Positions 37,912 through 51,063 are shown, counted from the whole stretch's first letter. The stretch: DNA of 63,930 bases, filler included, from Trypethelium eluteriae (GCA_051942245.1; 3 parts of 3 records of this genome joined end to end with filler, not necessarily neighbours in it), one strand, 5' to 3'. The notes: generated from the letters alone by a model not told the origin. Numbers and translations are program-made.

Positions 37912-40081
37912 ATGTTGCCTCACTCCGTCTTTCTTTACAAGGCACTGCTGCCATTGGCGGTTGCAGCAGCCCCAAGTCCACAGCAGCTGGGAAAAATAAG
38001 CATATTAGCTGCTGATAACCTCGTCAGTGAGTGTTTCTCCACCAAATTAGTCGTGAGGAGGATGAATGAGCTTATTGAGTAGCAAATGACACGAAGACTA
38101 CGAGCGCTGCGTTGTTGATCAACAATTCCATTACCTACTCCAGTGCAACGAAGTCATGTCAGTCGCTCAGTGAAAGTCTCCTGTCCCTGCAAAATGTCGA
38201 CTTCCGGGCCGGACTTGATCAATCTCTCGCATATGAGGTCTATGCGGGCCGCTTTCCAAGTGATCAGCTCTTCTGGGTGGGACCAGACGTACAGCGTTCG
38301 CCTAACAACACTACCTCCTGTCCTGCAGTCAACGTGGGCGGTCAGATCCAAGCGGTAGCATGTATTAATAAACTTCCCGCTCTGTGCACCCAAAGCGCTC
38401 CGGCTTCCAACATCACCTTCGCTGATACATCTTCGAAGTTCCAAGTTGCACAGAAGGTCGGTTCCCAGACGCTTGTTGGCTATCGTGACTTCTTGACTTT
38501 CCGTTATCTTGGAGTTCGTTTTGCAGAGGAACCAGAGCGATTTACTTACTCGAGTGTATATCACGGAACGGGCACAAATAATGCCCTTGAGCCTGCTCCA
38601 GAATGCTTGCAGCTGCCAAATAATGGCTCGACAGATTGCCTTTTCTTGAACATCTGGACGACTACACTCCCGTCATTGTCAAAGCCAGCTAAGGAGAATC
38701 TCAAGCCTGTCATGGTGTACATGTATGGCGGAGGCTTTACCAGTGGGTCTGCCAGCAATCCTACCAATGATGGTGGTAATTTGGCTGCTCGTGGTGATGT
38801 CGTCGTGGTGGATCTTGCCTACCGACTTTCCACGCTTGGCTTTTTGCCCTTAAATGATGGTGTTCATAATGGCAACTACTGGATCTCGGACTGTATTGCA
38901 GGCCTCAAGTGGGTGCAAGAATATGTCGAGAGCTTTGGAGGCGATCCAACGCAAGTGACGATTTTTGGAGAGTCAGCTGGTGCGCTTTCTGTCCAAGACC
39001 TGCTCGAGTCGCCCGAGGCTGCTGGACTTTTCCATGGTGCGATTTTGCAGTCTGACTATTATGAGCCATCTGTGAACATTTCCAGTGCTTATAGTCAGTC
39101 GACCATTCCAATTCTTGCGGAAACTGGATGCAACAATGCGACAGACCAGCTCGCATGTTTGCAAGCATATGACCCGCTTCAATTGCTGAATCTGAGCACT
39201 ATCGCCAAGTAAGTCGAAGCTTCTTCACAATCATGTCCAACCCGACGCTGATAGACTGACCTAGTTATCCCGTTGTCGATGGCAAATACCTCACAAGCCC
39301 CTACTTCGATTTCAATAGCACCTCTTCTGCCTCCGCGATCAACTCCGTCCCAGTCATGATCGGCGTCAACCGCGACGAAGGCGGCGTCCTCGCTCCCTTC
39401 TTCCCCACCACCTCCCTCACCACCGGCATCCACGACATCGCCAGCGCCGAAAACCTCAACGCCTCGGCCCTCATCTCCTCCGGCGCCTTCCCCCTCGGCA
39501 ACGGGCCCGTCCCCTCCAACCAATCCCTCAACGTCTTCAACACCACCACCCGCATCTACACCGACGCCTCCTTCCGCTGCTCCAGCCAGAACACCGTCGT
39601 CGCCGGCGTCCGCGCCGGCCAGCTGCCCGACGTCTGGTTCTACGAGTTCAACCGCACCTACCAGGACCCGGCGTACAACATGAACGGCGTCTGCCTGCCC
39701 GCTGCCACGCCGTCACACCCGGACGGCGACCCGAGCCTCGAGTACTTCAAGTGCCATGCGGGCGATCTCGCGAACACGTTCGGGAATGTGGCGAGGGTGG
39801 GGTTTCCGGCGCGGGATGACAATGATCTGCCGTTTGCGCGGCTGGTCGTGGATTATTGGACGGCGTTTGCGAGGCAGGGGGATCCGAACTTGGATGTTGA
39901 GTGGTTGGAGGCGAGGGGGTATTGGAGCTCGATTGAGCAGGTAGGGGTTTCGGGGAGTTGGCCGAAGGTGGAAGTGGGGTCGCCGCAGTTGATGGAGTTG
40001 CAGTGGAATTCTTTCGTGAGGGGGTTTCGGGATGAGGAGCAGTGTGCAGTTCTGGGTTTAGGGCTGGACTATTTTGAATAG
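37912..40081 (+). CDS. Secreted type-B carboxylesterase/lipase
   Basis: Signal peptide MLPHSVFLYKALLPLAVAA. Motifs DCLFLNIW, YGGGF, YRL..LGFL, GESAG nucleophile elbow, NRDEG and CHAGDL. Two introns. Confidence 0.9.
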
Positions 40082-41898
40082 GGGAGTGAATAATAGAGGA
40101 GATACGAAAATAGTTCTGGGATTAAGAGTAGAAAGCGAGACGAAAAGCACCTACCTACTAAAAAGCGCACTCGGAAATGAATTTACTACACTCATATTGT
40201 TGATATAACAAATGCCCATTAACGGACTCTACTCACTGATTGCGGCAATTGGTCTTGGAGCATGATAGATACAGAACGTGTAAGGATATGCCCTATCCGG
40301 ACATTTTTTGAGCTGCCAGTAAACCAGGTGGTGGATATGGTGCCATGAAATCATCTTTTGTGACCAGCTCATTGCCACAATGAGTCTGATCTCAAACGAG
40401 CTGTTATCCTCTGCAGCGCTTCTTTCGTTTGATACGACTATGAAGTAATCTCAACGTACCTTTTTCTACGAAGCAGGAGCTCGCAGCAGAGCTCGACGCG
40501 ATGAAACGAAAATAAACGGGCATACGAAAGGGTGCTACAAATGTACTTCGTAACTACTTGGCAGCCTCTGATAGGGCTCTTTATTTCTGAGTAGTGATAT
40601 CTGTAGCAATTTCGTGGAAAGGATCAATTTCTTCGATGCAGCATTAAGAAGCTGAGCGGCCAATCTCATATCGACAGAGACATAAATAGAAGCAAAGCAG
40701 TCTTTTGGTCATATGGTGCCAGAGATCAAGATAATGTTTCCAGCGGATCCTCTAGGCCTGTGGACAGTTATTTCCCTTAGATTTGATGGTCCACCTGTGC
40801 CACCCACGATGGATGTGAGCACCCGTGAAATAGTTCACTAGGGCTGATCAAGCTGACTGCTTCGGCAGCGAGAGAGACACGTCGATCTCTCCGATTATCG
40901 TACGTCAAAGAAATTGCTGTGCCGTTGTGGAGACAGCTAAGTGGATTCCAAGGATGCATGCTGCAACATTCAGGAGCTCAACAGGCAACGCCGGCCAAGG
41001 TATGGAGTACATGGCAAAGTTTGTCATTGTGGCGTACTACAAGTATTCATCAAGTGATATGTTTCGAGCTGTGTAGGATTGCTGAGTGACATGAGTATGA
41101 AAGGAATGAGACGACTCAAGGTTCTTCATTTCACCGTTTCTTCATGCTGCGGGAGTGGCACTTTAGGCTCGGCGCCACTGTGCAGCCATGCACCATGCCA
41201 CCATGCGCACCCAGCTGCCAGCAGATCCACCGTGCCACCCTGCAGCGAGTGAGTGCCGCCGCACGAAAACTTCCTTAGAAACCCTTACTCCTGAGCATGG
41301 CGCGCTCATGCTGATCTGCGTTTTGAAACAGCCCAAGAGCGCGTACTCCCTGCCAATGACGGCACTTCTCCCTGCCAGCGCCAAGGAACGACTGTCTCAC
41401 ACAGATCGAGCTGACAAGCGAGAACGCCGTTCGACTGCTCCGGGATAAACCGTGCCAGGCAGATCCTGTCCGTGCAATAAGATGTACTCGGTGTGCTCCA
41501 TCCTATTTTGCCTCTATCCTTTGACGCAGGACTTGGCAAAACCATGCTGGTCTATTTAGGTGGACCGTCTCCCGGAATGCTATAGAATCCACATCCGCGC
41601 TGCCTCTCGCTGATGATCGGTTGAGTACAAGTGAATTTTTCATTCACTATTTCACTTAACTTCTGGCTTTGCATTATATTTAGGTCAAGGACTCTGTTCT
41701 TGGTCGGCCATTCATTTCTGAAGTCCTCATCTGGAAATTTCCTGGGTTGCACGGAGCGATAACAAGACTCATAGACAAACATTACTTCGATTGGATGTTA
41801 CTTCACATTTAGTTTAGCTTTCCTACATATTTCTAAACATCTGCTGGAAACTCTCCGGAACGCTCAGAGATCAAGATATCGACATTGCTTCGACAAAT

Positions 41899-43625
41899 AT
41901 GCGCTCGTTCGCAGTACTTGCAGGGCTCTTATGCCTTTCTGTCGCGAAGAGTTTCCCTACTTCAGACACAAATCTCATGGAAGCCCTTCATGGAGTACCA
42001 GAAGGCTGGTCTGATATTGGTGCCCCTCAGTCCTCGAAACGTCTTCAATTTCGGGTTGCATTGACTAGCCCAAACAATGCGTTGCTCGACCAGAGACTTC
42101 TTGATATCTCGACCCCTGGTCATGTTCTATACGGTCAACACCTGAAGCGCGACGAACTCAAAGCTATGTTACGTCCAGATCCTATTGCGACTCGTCAGAT
42201 TATGGACTGGCTTGAATTCTCAGGTGTCTCAGAGGGGGATATTGTGGACGACGGAGAGTGGATCAACTTCCTGACCAATACGTCTACTGCCGAGAAGATA
42301 ATGCACACAAAGTTTAGAATCTATCGCAACGACGATGCTCAAGTAGACATGATCAGGACCTTGCAGTATTCGGTCCCTGAGCAGCTGCATCAATATATCG
42401 ACATGATCCAGCCAACGACTCGCTTTGGCCAGCCGAAACCACAGCGGAGCACCATAAGAACTCAAGCGACCATTAAAGGAGTCAGCAAGGCTGTCAACGC
42501 CTCTTGCGAAGAAAACATCACACCTCAATGCCTCAGGGAATTGTATAACGCCACGAACACCAGTCCGCAGGGCCCTTCAAGCGGCAATGTACTAGGTTTC
42601 AGCGGGTTCGAGGAGCAATACGCTCGTTACAAGGACTTCCAGCAATTCGCCTCCGAATACGCTCCTTACCTCTCCGGCAAGAACTTCACCTACGCCCTCG
42701 TTAACGGCGGCATCGACGGTGAAACCTCGCAGAACGACAGCACGGAAGCCAACCTCGACGTCCAATACGGCCTGGCCCTGAACCCCAACGCCACCGGCCG
42801 CTTCTACAGCGTCGGCGGCCGCGGCCCCCTGATCCCGGACCTCGACCAGCCCGACCCATCCAACAACCAAAACGAGCCATGGCTCGAGTACGTGACATAC
42901 CTCAAGAACCTTGCGGACGCGGACCTGCCCACCACGCTCTCCAACTCGTACGGCGAGGACGAGCAGTCGCTCCCCACCAACTACACGCAGCGCGTGTGCA
43001 GCGAGTTCCGCGACCTCGGCCTCCGCGGCGTCTCCATCCTGTTCTCGTCCGGCGACGCCGGGCCGGGGAGCGGCTGCCTCACCAACGACGGCACGAACCG
43101 CACGCGCTTCCAGCCCACCTTCCCGGCGGGATGTCCATGGGTGACGGCGGTCGGGGGCACGTTCAACGTCACGCCAGAGGTCGCGGTCGACTTCTCGTCC
43201 GGGGGCTTCAGCGAGCGGTTCGCGCGACCTGCGTACCAGTCTGCGGTCGTCGACGCCTACCTCAGCAAGCTGGGCAGCAATTTCTCGGGCTACTATAATG
43301 CGCAGGGACGCGGCATTCCTGATGTTGCGGCGCAGGGACAGAACTTCCGCACGATTAATCAGGGGGAGGAGGACTTGGTCGCGGGGACGAGCGCGAGTTG
43401 CCCGACGGTCGCGGGACTCGTGAGTCAGATCAATGGTGCGCGTATTGCGGCGGGGAAACCGCCGATGGGCTTCTTGAATCCTTGGCTGTATGATGCGGGC
43501 ACGGCGGCGGGGCTGAATGATATCACGCGGGGAGGGTCGGTAGGCTGTCAGAATCCGGATACGGTGTCGGGGCAGAGGGCGCCGGACGTGCCGGGCGCGG
43601 GGTGGAATGCGACAGAGGGGTGGGA
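41899..43625 (+). CDS. Sedolisin-family (S53) tripeptidyl peptidase, 3' end lost in the gap
   Basis: Signal peptide and pro-domain (STPGHVLYGQHL, IQPTTRFG). Catalytic motifs EANLD, SSGDAG, GRGIPDVAAQG and GTSAS, plus GFLNPWLY. Ends at GWNATEGW just before the expected DP.TGLG. Confidence 0.93.
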
Positions 43626-43725
43626 NNNNNNNNNNNNNNNNNNNNNNNNNNNNNNNNNNNNNNNNNNNNTTAATTAATTAANNNNNNNNNNNNNNNNNNN
43701 NNNNNNNNNNNNNNNNNNNNNNNNN
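43626..43725. other. Artificial contig spacer
   Basis: 44 N + TTAATTAATTAA + 44 N, identical to 21767-21866. Confidence 0.97.
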
Positions 43726-43911
43726 CGCGACTCTGCTTCCCCCCGCACTTCCGCCCCCAAACTGCGCCGAGAGCTTGCGGTTGCGCGAGTCGCGCCAGGA
43801 TGTCGAGCCCGAGAGCCGGTTCTCTGCCCGCTGGTGGCCCGTCGAGGAGGAGTTCCACGCGTCGAAGGGGGTCCGCGTTGGGGCGGCGGCGCGGGTGGGT
43901 TGCTGTGGCAT
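43726..43911 (-). CDS. 5' fragment of a conserved fungal protein, probably BRCT-domain-containing
   Basis: FDAWNSSSTGHQRAENRLSGSTSWRDSR matches, from memory, an N-terminal motif of fungal BRCT-domain proteins. The BRCT domain itself is not visible because the contig ends. Confidence 0.55.
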
Positions 43912-45030
43912 GGGATTGGGTTGCTGTTGCTATCCTTGGATGGTGGAACCGATCGTGCCAGGGAGGTTGTGCCGGAAAGTTCTTGATGGAGGAAATTTTT
44001 ACAAGGGTCGGGGAGATAAGGGGCAGGCTTGGATTTCGTGGGCTGGAGGCTGGTATTATTGTGCTGTTTTTATGTGGACCTCGAGGGGTTGCTGGGGTAT
44101 ATTCCTGTATTTTAGGGGTTTGATGGACAAGGGTTTGTGGATGGCGGGTTAATGGCGCGCGAAGACAGAGTAGCGGGGGGAGAGCCTCTCTGGTGTGGGA
44201 AATTCTCGCGGTCGCGAGCCTGAGTGCTTGTATCGTTGAAAAAGGAGGTAGTCTTGCTGCTTAAATGATTGATCTGGAGTAAATTTTAGTTGACTAGAAA
44301 GCTTCGCATGTAATAAAGTTTGGGATTTGCCCCATTAGGGATATTCAAGATGACCAGGATGCAGGAGAATTAAGGTAACGTCATCGAGGCCGCATGAGGG
44401 AGATGACGCGATTGGTCGCTAGACCGTGCCTTTGTTTACCTGCTTAGCGAGATCTCACTCCACACTCTACCTACAAACCACCCTGCTATATGATCACCTC
44501 TCTACCCTCAGTGTTCTCTTGTTTCCTACTCCATAGCGCCTACATTCTATGTGTGATCTTGTCTGCATCCTTAGCTCGGCAGAAGAGGCAACACCGACTT
44601 CCGCGACCAAACATGCCGCAGATCGACTACCATAATCTTCTGGCCCTTAAGAGAGGTTGCTAGCATACATCGCTACGTGTATTGAAATACTAAAGGAAGC
44701 CGTGAGCCAACACTCAGACTTCGTCTCAATCTTTACATCGCCTACCAATATCAACCTTAGTAAGAACAGGCGGCTGGAAACCAGCAAGAGCCAAGGCATA
44801 AGTAACATAATCTCAATACAGATTTTTGTTTTGCATGTTTCCTCCGGATATAGTTTTCAATCAAAGATTCAAGAGAAGCAACTTCATGATGAGTCCTGCT
44901 GTTAAGTATGCGGATGGGAGCGGCCCTACTAAAGCCTGCGCGACGCTGTTCATCACCGCTCGTCAAGTGTGTTCTCCAGATTCCGATATCACACATACCC
45001 AACCTTACCCACCTAAATAGATGGCGAACC

Positions 45031-45107
45031 TTCCATTCACTCCCTTCACTCCTTTCACTCCCTTCATTCTCTTCATTCTCTCCATTCTCTCCATTCCCTT
45101 CACTCCT
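45031..45107 (+). repeat. Degenerate 9-bp pyrimidine-rich tandem repeat
   Basis: About 8 units of the type CCTTCACTC / TCTTCATTC / TCTCCATTC. Confidence 0.75.
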
Positions 45108-45252
45108 ACATCCTCACGCGTCGATAGCGAGCTCTCAAGTCCAGCTCCGTAACCCTTTACATCAACAAACTCAAAGCCTTCTAGTAAGGTTCTTATCCAT
45201 TCTCCTATCTTGTTGAAGCCCCGTTAACCCCATCAAGCTACCAAGGCTCGCC

Positions 45253-45741
45253 ATGAGCGACGACGACAACGTTTCCACCAGCTCATCCGAGGCGAATGCT
45301 CTCGAAGAGATTCGCCTCTGGCAGGAAACCATGCCAAGGGGAAACCTGACAAGGGAGGAGCGCCTGCAACATGCGGCCTCCATTTTTACCGGAATCAGTA
45401 CTGGCAACGAACGCCGTACCTCCGGCGTGCGCCCTTCAAGGGCCGCCGCCCGTAATGCACCGCGTACGTCCACCAACTCCACTGCTCGCCCCCCCAATCA
45501 TAACCAACGGCGTACATCCACCACCACCACTTCTAGGCCCGTTGCTCGTAGCGAACCGCAGGAAGAGCCGTGTGAATGCCGTGTCATCATCGTCGTATAC
45601 ATGGGCTGCGGCAAAAATGAACGGTACTACGAACCCTGCGCGAAAGCCAGAAGGGAGGAGAATATTTGCGAAAATATCAGACCGCCAGTTGTGGAAGAGA
45701 AGCCATTCGCCTGCTCTGACCGATGCAATGGTCACGTGTAG
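45253..45741 (+). CDS. Hypothetical protein with Cys-rich C-terminus
   Basis: 162-aa ORF with ATG in a CGCCATG context. Disordered R/T-rich middle; C-terminal CEC..Y.GCG...PC...IC...CSDRC. Confidence 0.5.
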   Translation: MSDDDNVSTSSSEANALEEIRLWQETMPRGNLTREERLQHAASIFTGISTGNERRTSGVRPSRAAARNAPRTSTNSTARPPNHNQRRTSTTTTSRPVARSEPQEEPCECRVIIVVYMGCGKNERYYEPCAKARREENICENIRPPVVEEKPFACSDRCNGHV

Positions 45742-46079
45742 GACGCGCAAATTTGAACCCGCCTTGTAATTGGTGGTGAGCTGCACAGGGAGCTGTACCT
45801 GCTAGCTCTCTTGTTGAGCGACTCTCGCTTGATGGACACAGCTAATTTTTCGGTAGTCTTCGGTGCCCGCGAAACGGGCTTGGGATGGTGATCGCGTCTA
45901 GACGCGGGGGAGGTTGTGAATGCTTCAAGTGGCACAAGCAGTGTGCGCCTTGCTATAGATATTATTAATGAAACTTTGTATTCAATGTTATTTACCTGGG
46001 ACACAAACCGTAAAATCTCCGTGCTTTGCTATCTGTGAAAAACACCGCTGCTGTATCGAAAGGTTCAGCCAAATACAAA

Positions 46080-47829
46080 TCATTTGCTCCCACCGTCGTT
46101 CGATTCGGGCATCTCCGCATGAACTGCAGTCCCTCCCAACTCTTGCACTGCCCGCTCTCCGTCAGCTTCAGCCACGTACTGCTGTTGCTGTACTACAGGT
46201 TGCGCGATCCCTGACTGAGCCATGTACTGATGATTCAGGCCGTACTTGTATGTGTTTTGGTCTATCGGCCATCCTTGGGACGCATTGCCGGGATACATCG
46301 GCGGAATCGGAGCCCGGTTGTACGCAGCCGACTGAGTTGGATGCCATCGACGTCGAAGCCAATATAGCAGTCCAGCTATGGCGACGATGCCGGCGAACCC
46401 ACCGACCACTGGTCCAGCAATCCAAGCTTTGCTGCTAGAGGAAGACTGGGGAGGGATAGGAGCCGGGGAAGTTGCGTTTGCACCGGCCGCATCTCCTTCA
46501 CTCGAATTCGTGGTCCCGCCGTTTGCGGCTTTGGTCTTCTGAAGCCAATGCCTGTCGTTAATCGGGAAGGATGTTCCCACAGAACTCTTCAGGTAGCAGT
46601 TCTCATATCCGTCCTCCATGGAACTATCAAAAACCACACCAGTGCATTTCAGACCGCTACTGTTGGTGTACGTCGCACATGCATCCGCGCAAGCACTCAT
46701 ATTTTGCATATGAAATTGAACCAGATCATTTGGTGGCTGGTTTTGATTGCAGCTGATGGCAAATCCGGCTCCGTTTGACGACGTATAGGTTGTTCCATTA
46801 GTACAGCTTGTATTTGCATTCAAGGCGCTTTGTTGAAGAATCGCCATGTGTTTTATGTCACCCGGATTGTTCCATGTCTGAATGCTCGATTGATCGACTT
46901 CGTTCTTGAAGTAGCAGTTGCCGTATCCTTTATCCATATCTGGAGCGTAGACTACTGCTTTACATAAAGGATGTGCCGCACTACACTGGGTCATGCAGCC
47001 TTGCAGGCTGTTGGCGTGTGTGGGACACAACCCACTTGTTGCAGTGGAGTGAGTTGGCGAAGTCAAAGGGCACATATCGCTAACTAAGATCATATCTTGA
47101 TCACAAAGGATCCGGTACGGACTACCGTCTGCTGCGTTCTGTATGCTGGTGTTTGCGTAGGGACACGAATCGTTTGGGCTGGCATTCACATTGACTGCGA
47201 GTGCGGAGTGCACGTAGCTGTTGTCAATGGCCTCCGTATTGGTTACGTTGCTGGTCTTGCAGTAGCATACTCCTGGATTGTCAAAGAACTGGAATGCTAT
47301 TCCGTATGCGACCTCTTTCTGGCTTGAAGAGCAATAATCCATGCAGTCCGACATATTGGCTTGTTGTGTAACGTCAAAGTCACTGTAAGACAGATCCTTC
47401 CGGCAGCCTGCATTTCCAAAACTCGTGCTGAAGACCTGACCGATCGGTGTAGTATAGTTGCCTGGCGGACAGTCGTTTAAAGCGCGTTTGCTAAGAGGAT
47501 CTGAAGAACAGTACGGGCCATTAGCAACAATCTCTGTTTGGGCGCTTTCTGGCATGCGAAAACACAGACAAGGAAAGGATCATTGAAGTCTACAGACTTT
47601 AATACGGGAGAACGAGACACGCTGCATTGACTATTCCAAGCAAGTCAAATTTAGACTTTGCCATTTCTCACCTTGACCGTGTCTATTTATACGATAAGAG
47701 GAAAAGGTAGAACTTACTGTTTGAAGATGTCGAGAAGGTCTGGAAATCGTCAGACCCAGCCGACATGCTCATCGTGGCAAATCCATAGGCTAGGAATAGC
47801 CTAGGAAACAGAGTCTTGACAACACCCAT
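46080..47829 (-). CDS. Type I membrane protein with three PAN/Apple-like Cys repeats
   Basis: Signal-peptide exon MGVVKTLFPRLFLAYGFATMSMSA (47829-47718, GTAAGT donor) and acceptor at 47501. Repeats of C..D......C...C....C..V......NCY.K, TM helix AWIAGPVVGGFAGIVAIAGLLYWL followed by RRR. Intermediate splicing is uncertain. Confidence 0.78.
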
Positions 47830-49206
47830 AGGTGAAGACTGAACGCCTTCAAATTAGTGATCAGGTTTCTTGATATGAGAAGTGCGATCGATAGAATCCG
47901 AAAAGCGGGGAAAAGAGAAAGGCAAGCTCGGAAAGTATCGCAAAGAGTGGTTGTCCTGGTGGCTCGGGGCACCTAGGTTTGGATGCTAACGGATCCCTAC
48001 TGATTACAGATCTTTTCCTTGGACAGTGAATTAGCAACTGGCCAATCTGCATCAACTATCCCAGGGCTGAAAATTGCTCGTCTCAGCCCTGTGAGGCGGA
48101 ATTGACTTGTTCGCCATCATCTTCGAGTCTTCCACTCAGTAAATAGGGTATACCGGGGCTGTAAAGCTGATATCGAAAATTGAACCTAAGAAGACAGATG
48201 ACTTGAGGCCACCAGCGGGGTATTGAATAAGTGGACGTCGATATCGACGACAATGCGAAGTTACATTTCCGATTGAGCATACTTTCTGAAGCTGGACGAC
48301 GTTGCGGCACAGACACAACAACCTCCTTCAATGCTCAGCCATGTCATTTTTAGCCAATGGCAGAGGATACGGCGCGCTCAAAGGAGCCGTATCATATGTT
48401 TAGGCGTCCAAAGTTGGATCCACACTGGTCTGAGGTGCGGCTTGGGTTGGATTGCCTTTGGAAAGAAGATTACATCGGATACATGCTGTGCCGCGAGCTG
48501 AGGGAAATTTCCCTGCTGCGTTGTGTCAGCTGCGGCACAGTCGGAGAAATATAGGTCTCTTCCTTAGTATACTATGGTCCTCGCAGACCTTACGAAGTGC
48601 TCTAAAATTGCGATGGCTATTGGCTTTCGATCGTCTCTTGGCGGATGTCTTCTCTTGTACTAGCCTTGAGTATTACATGGTTTGAGATTTCAACAATGTC
48701 ATACTTTCCGATCTCGTACGTGACTTGGCCAAGATGCGATCAGAATTGGAGACATGAAATTGAGGTTCACATGCAATCGCAAAAGAAGAACCCACTTTGC
48801 TTTAACTTTAGCGAACGATTACAAAGATTTCGATGCGATCTTGTGGAGCGATCAATCCTTGCTGCTACGGTTCACCGAGGATCTGTCGGTCTGATCTTGA
48901 GGCGAGCCTTGCCTGAGATACTGGGAAGGGGCGAATTGAAGGAGGGTGAATGACTTAGATAGTGGAACGTCATGCTGATGCATTTGCCGCGTTAGCATCT
49001 CAGAAAAGTTCAATGGCATTCTTTGTGAAAACAACACGAGGTAGAAATACTTTCATCGAGACGTTGTGAAAAGTCCAACTCCGAGGATTCACTAATAAAA
49101 CGCCCGAGACGCCGAAAATGATGCTCCGTTCTACTCCCTGACCAGTCGTGCACGAGCCTTTGTTGATCCTTGCTCACATTTTCTCTCATCAATGCATATC
49201 TCTTCT

Positions 49207-49890
49207 CTATATCTTCGTCTCGCTCTCTCCAGCACCGGCCGCCCCTAACTTGACCGTCCCCTTGACGACATCTCTCACCAGGCCCAAGGCCTCCACCGCA
49301 AACCTCACCATATTTCCCACTCGGTCGCCACCCAACCCCGTCTCCACTTCTCTTGTCGCCACGCCTGACTCACCTGCCACCGCCAGCGCTACATACCCTG
49401 GCTTCCTGTTCCTCGTTTGCCCGCCCGTAGGTCCTGCAGTCCCAGACTCCGATACGGTATATGTGGATTGCAAGGTATTGCGCACATGAGTAGCGAGACC
49501 GCTGACGATGGCTGGAGTGGGACCGGCATAGGAAGATATGGTCTGAGGAGTCCAGCCCGCGAAAGCGAGGCGAGATTCGAGGGTGTAGAGCTGGCAGGAC
49601 GCGTTAGTGAAATGAGGGATTGCGGAAGAAGCGGTAAGGAGGTTACTGTAAGGCCGCCTTTGTAGAACTGCGATGCCCCGGGAGTGGAGAGGAGGGATGC
49701 TGATATGATCCCGCCTGCCGCCTTCGCACATTGTAAGTTTGCAGCGTCTCTGTTGCTATCTGATGTTTTGACATACTGTCTCTGCCACTGATATCGTTTC
49801 GCCTTGCTCTTTTAACAACTCGGCTACTTCAGCCACGATTTCAACGACCTCCTTCGGTGGAAAGTCTGCACTGCTTGCGTCGGTTGACAT
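49207..49890 (-). CDS. CinA C-terminal domain protein (PncC/NMN deamidase-like)
   Basis: Spliced ETISVAET|AAGGIISASLLSTPGASQFYKGGLT|LYTLESR, then SESGTAGPTGG and PGYVALAV. Two introns. Possible upstream in-frame start at 50058. Confidence 0.88.
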
Positions 49891-50431
49891 GTTTGCACGC
49901 CACTTGCTTCCCGTCCAATTCAAGTGAGGATTATCTTGAAAATGAAGCGACCACGCACTGCTAATTTGCCTTGTTGCGAAGGAGGAACAAGGTATCTTCG
50001 CAGTGAGTCGATGTGAAGGAGAAGAGAAGGAACGTCGGAACAGAATTTTTGATTGCATCGGACAAACAAGTGTAGAGAATGAGGCCTGATAACTGATTGC
50101 TTCTAACAAACCTGACGTCAGGCATCGTGGGGCAACACCAGCACCGTGGGGTAGCGCGGGGCAAGCGCTTGGGGAAATTTCTCCACATGTGTGGTTGACG
50201 GGTAACGATCTTGTGCATGTTGCGTTTGTCGTCGTAAGCTCGCTGTGTCTCATCTCCGATTTGCAACCGACTGTTTGGTGCTGAAGCTGAACGAGAACTC
50301 ACCGCAGTCCTGACTCAGACTGAAGAGCTAGCCAAAGGTGCATGTAAGCACCCTCTTCATCAACTACTAGACTTCTAATTTATATCGTCTCAGGGTACCA
50401 GTAAACATTTCCTGTTGCCTGATGTGAATCA

Positions 50432-50935
50432 AACACTGGTGCCTGCTTTCATTGGCTTCCTATCTCCATGTCCATATGGGGTATGGAGGTAGATGCAGGA
50501 AAGGATAGCCATGCATGAGCCAGCACGAATCGCGAAGACGGCAATCATCAATAGTGTTTAGCAGATAAAATCGGCTGTAGGCATCAACAGGATTGAAGCC
50601 CACGCGAACTGCCCGACAGATAGAACTGTTCCATAGCTACTTAACAGTCCTTCACGAAATAGACACGCCACACGTCCACCACTGGGACTGCATCTACAAC
50701 CTGGATGCTTTGAATGTGGTCCACAGACGGTTGCAGCCCAACGGACGATTTTTTGACAGTACGTTGCGCAGCGCCGATAAAGGAGTCATTTAGGAGATAA
50801 GTTGCAGAGTCCCATGTATTCAGAGAGACGTACCTTAGGCACCAGTGTTCACTCACGGGGATTCCATGCACCTATTTCATTTAACAGTATTGCAGGTACT
50901 TTTATAGCCTCAAGGGTGTCCTAGGCACCAGTATT
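50432..50935. promoter_or_regulatory. Repeated AGGCACCAGTRTT motif in the CinA/PhnA divergent promoter
   Basis: AACACTGGTGCCT at 50432-50444 (reverse), AGGCACCAGTGTT at 50837-50849 and AGGCACCAGTATT at 50923-50935. Confidence 0.55.
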
Positions 50936-51063
50936 GTGTTCGATACTTATACCAGGACGCACCTGATCTCAAGACCTCCAATCCACTGCTACGATTTCCA
51001 TCCCAAGATCGAAACAAATAATCCATAATCCAAACTCAACTTGACCTTTCCAAATACGAAGAT

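Noticed and set aside
43626..43911. Apparent convergent pairing of the sedolisin and the BRCT-like fragment
   Set aside because: Both are cut by the artificial spacer, so true adjacency is unknown.
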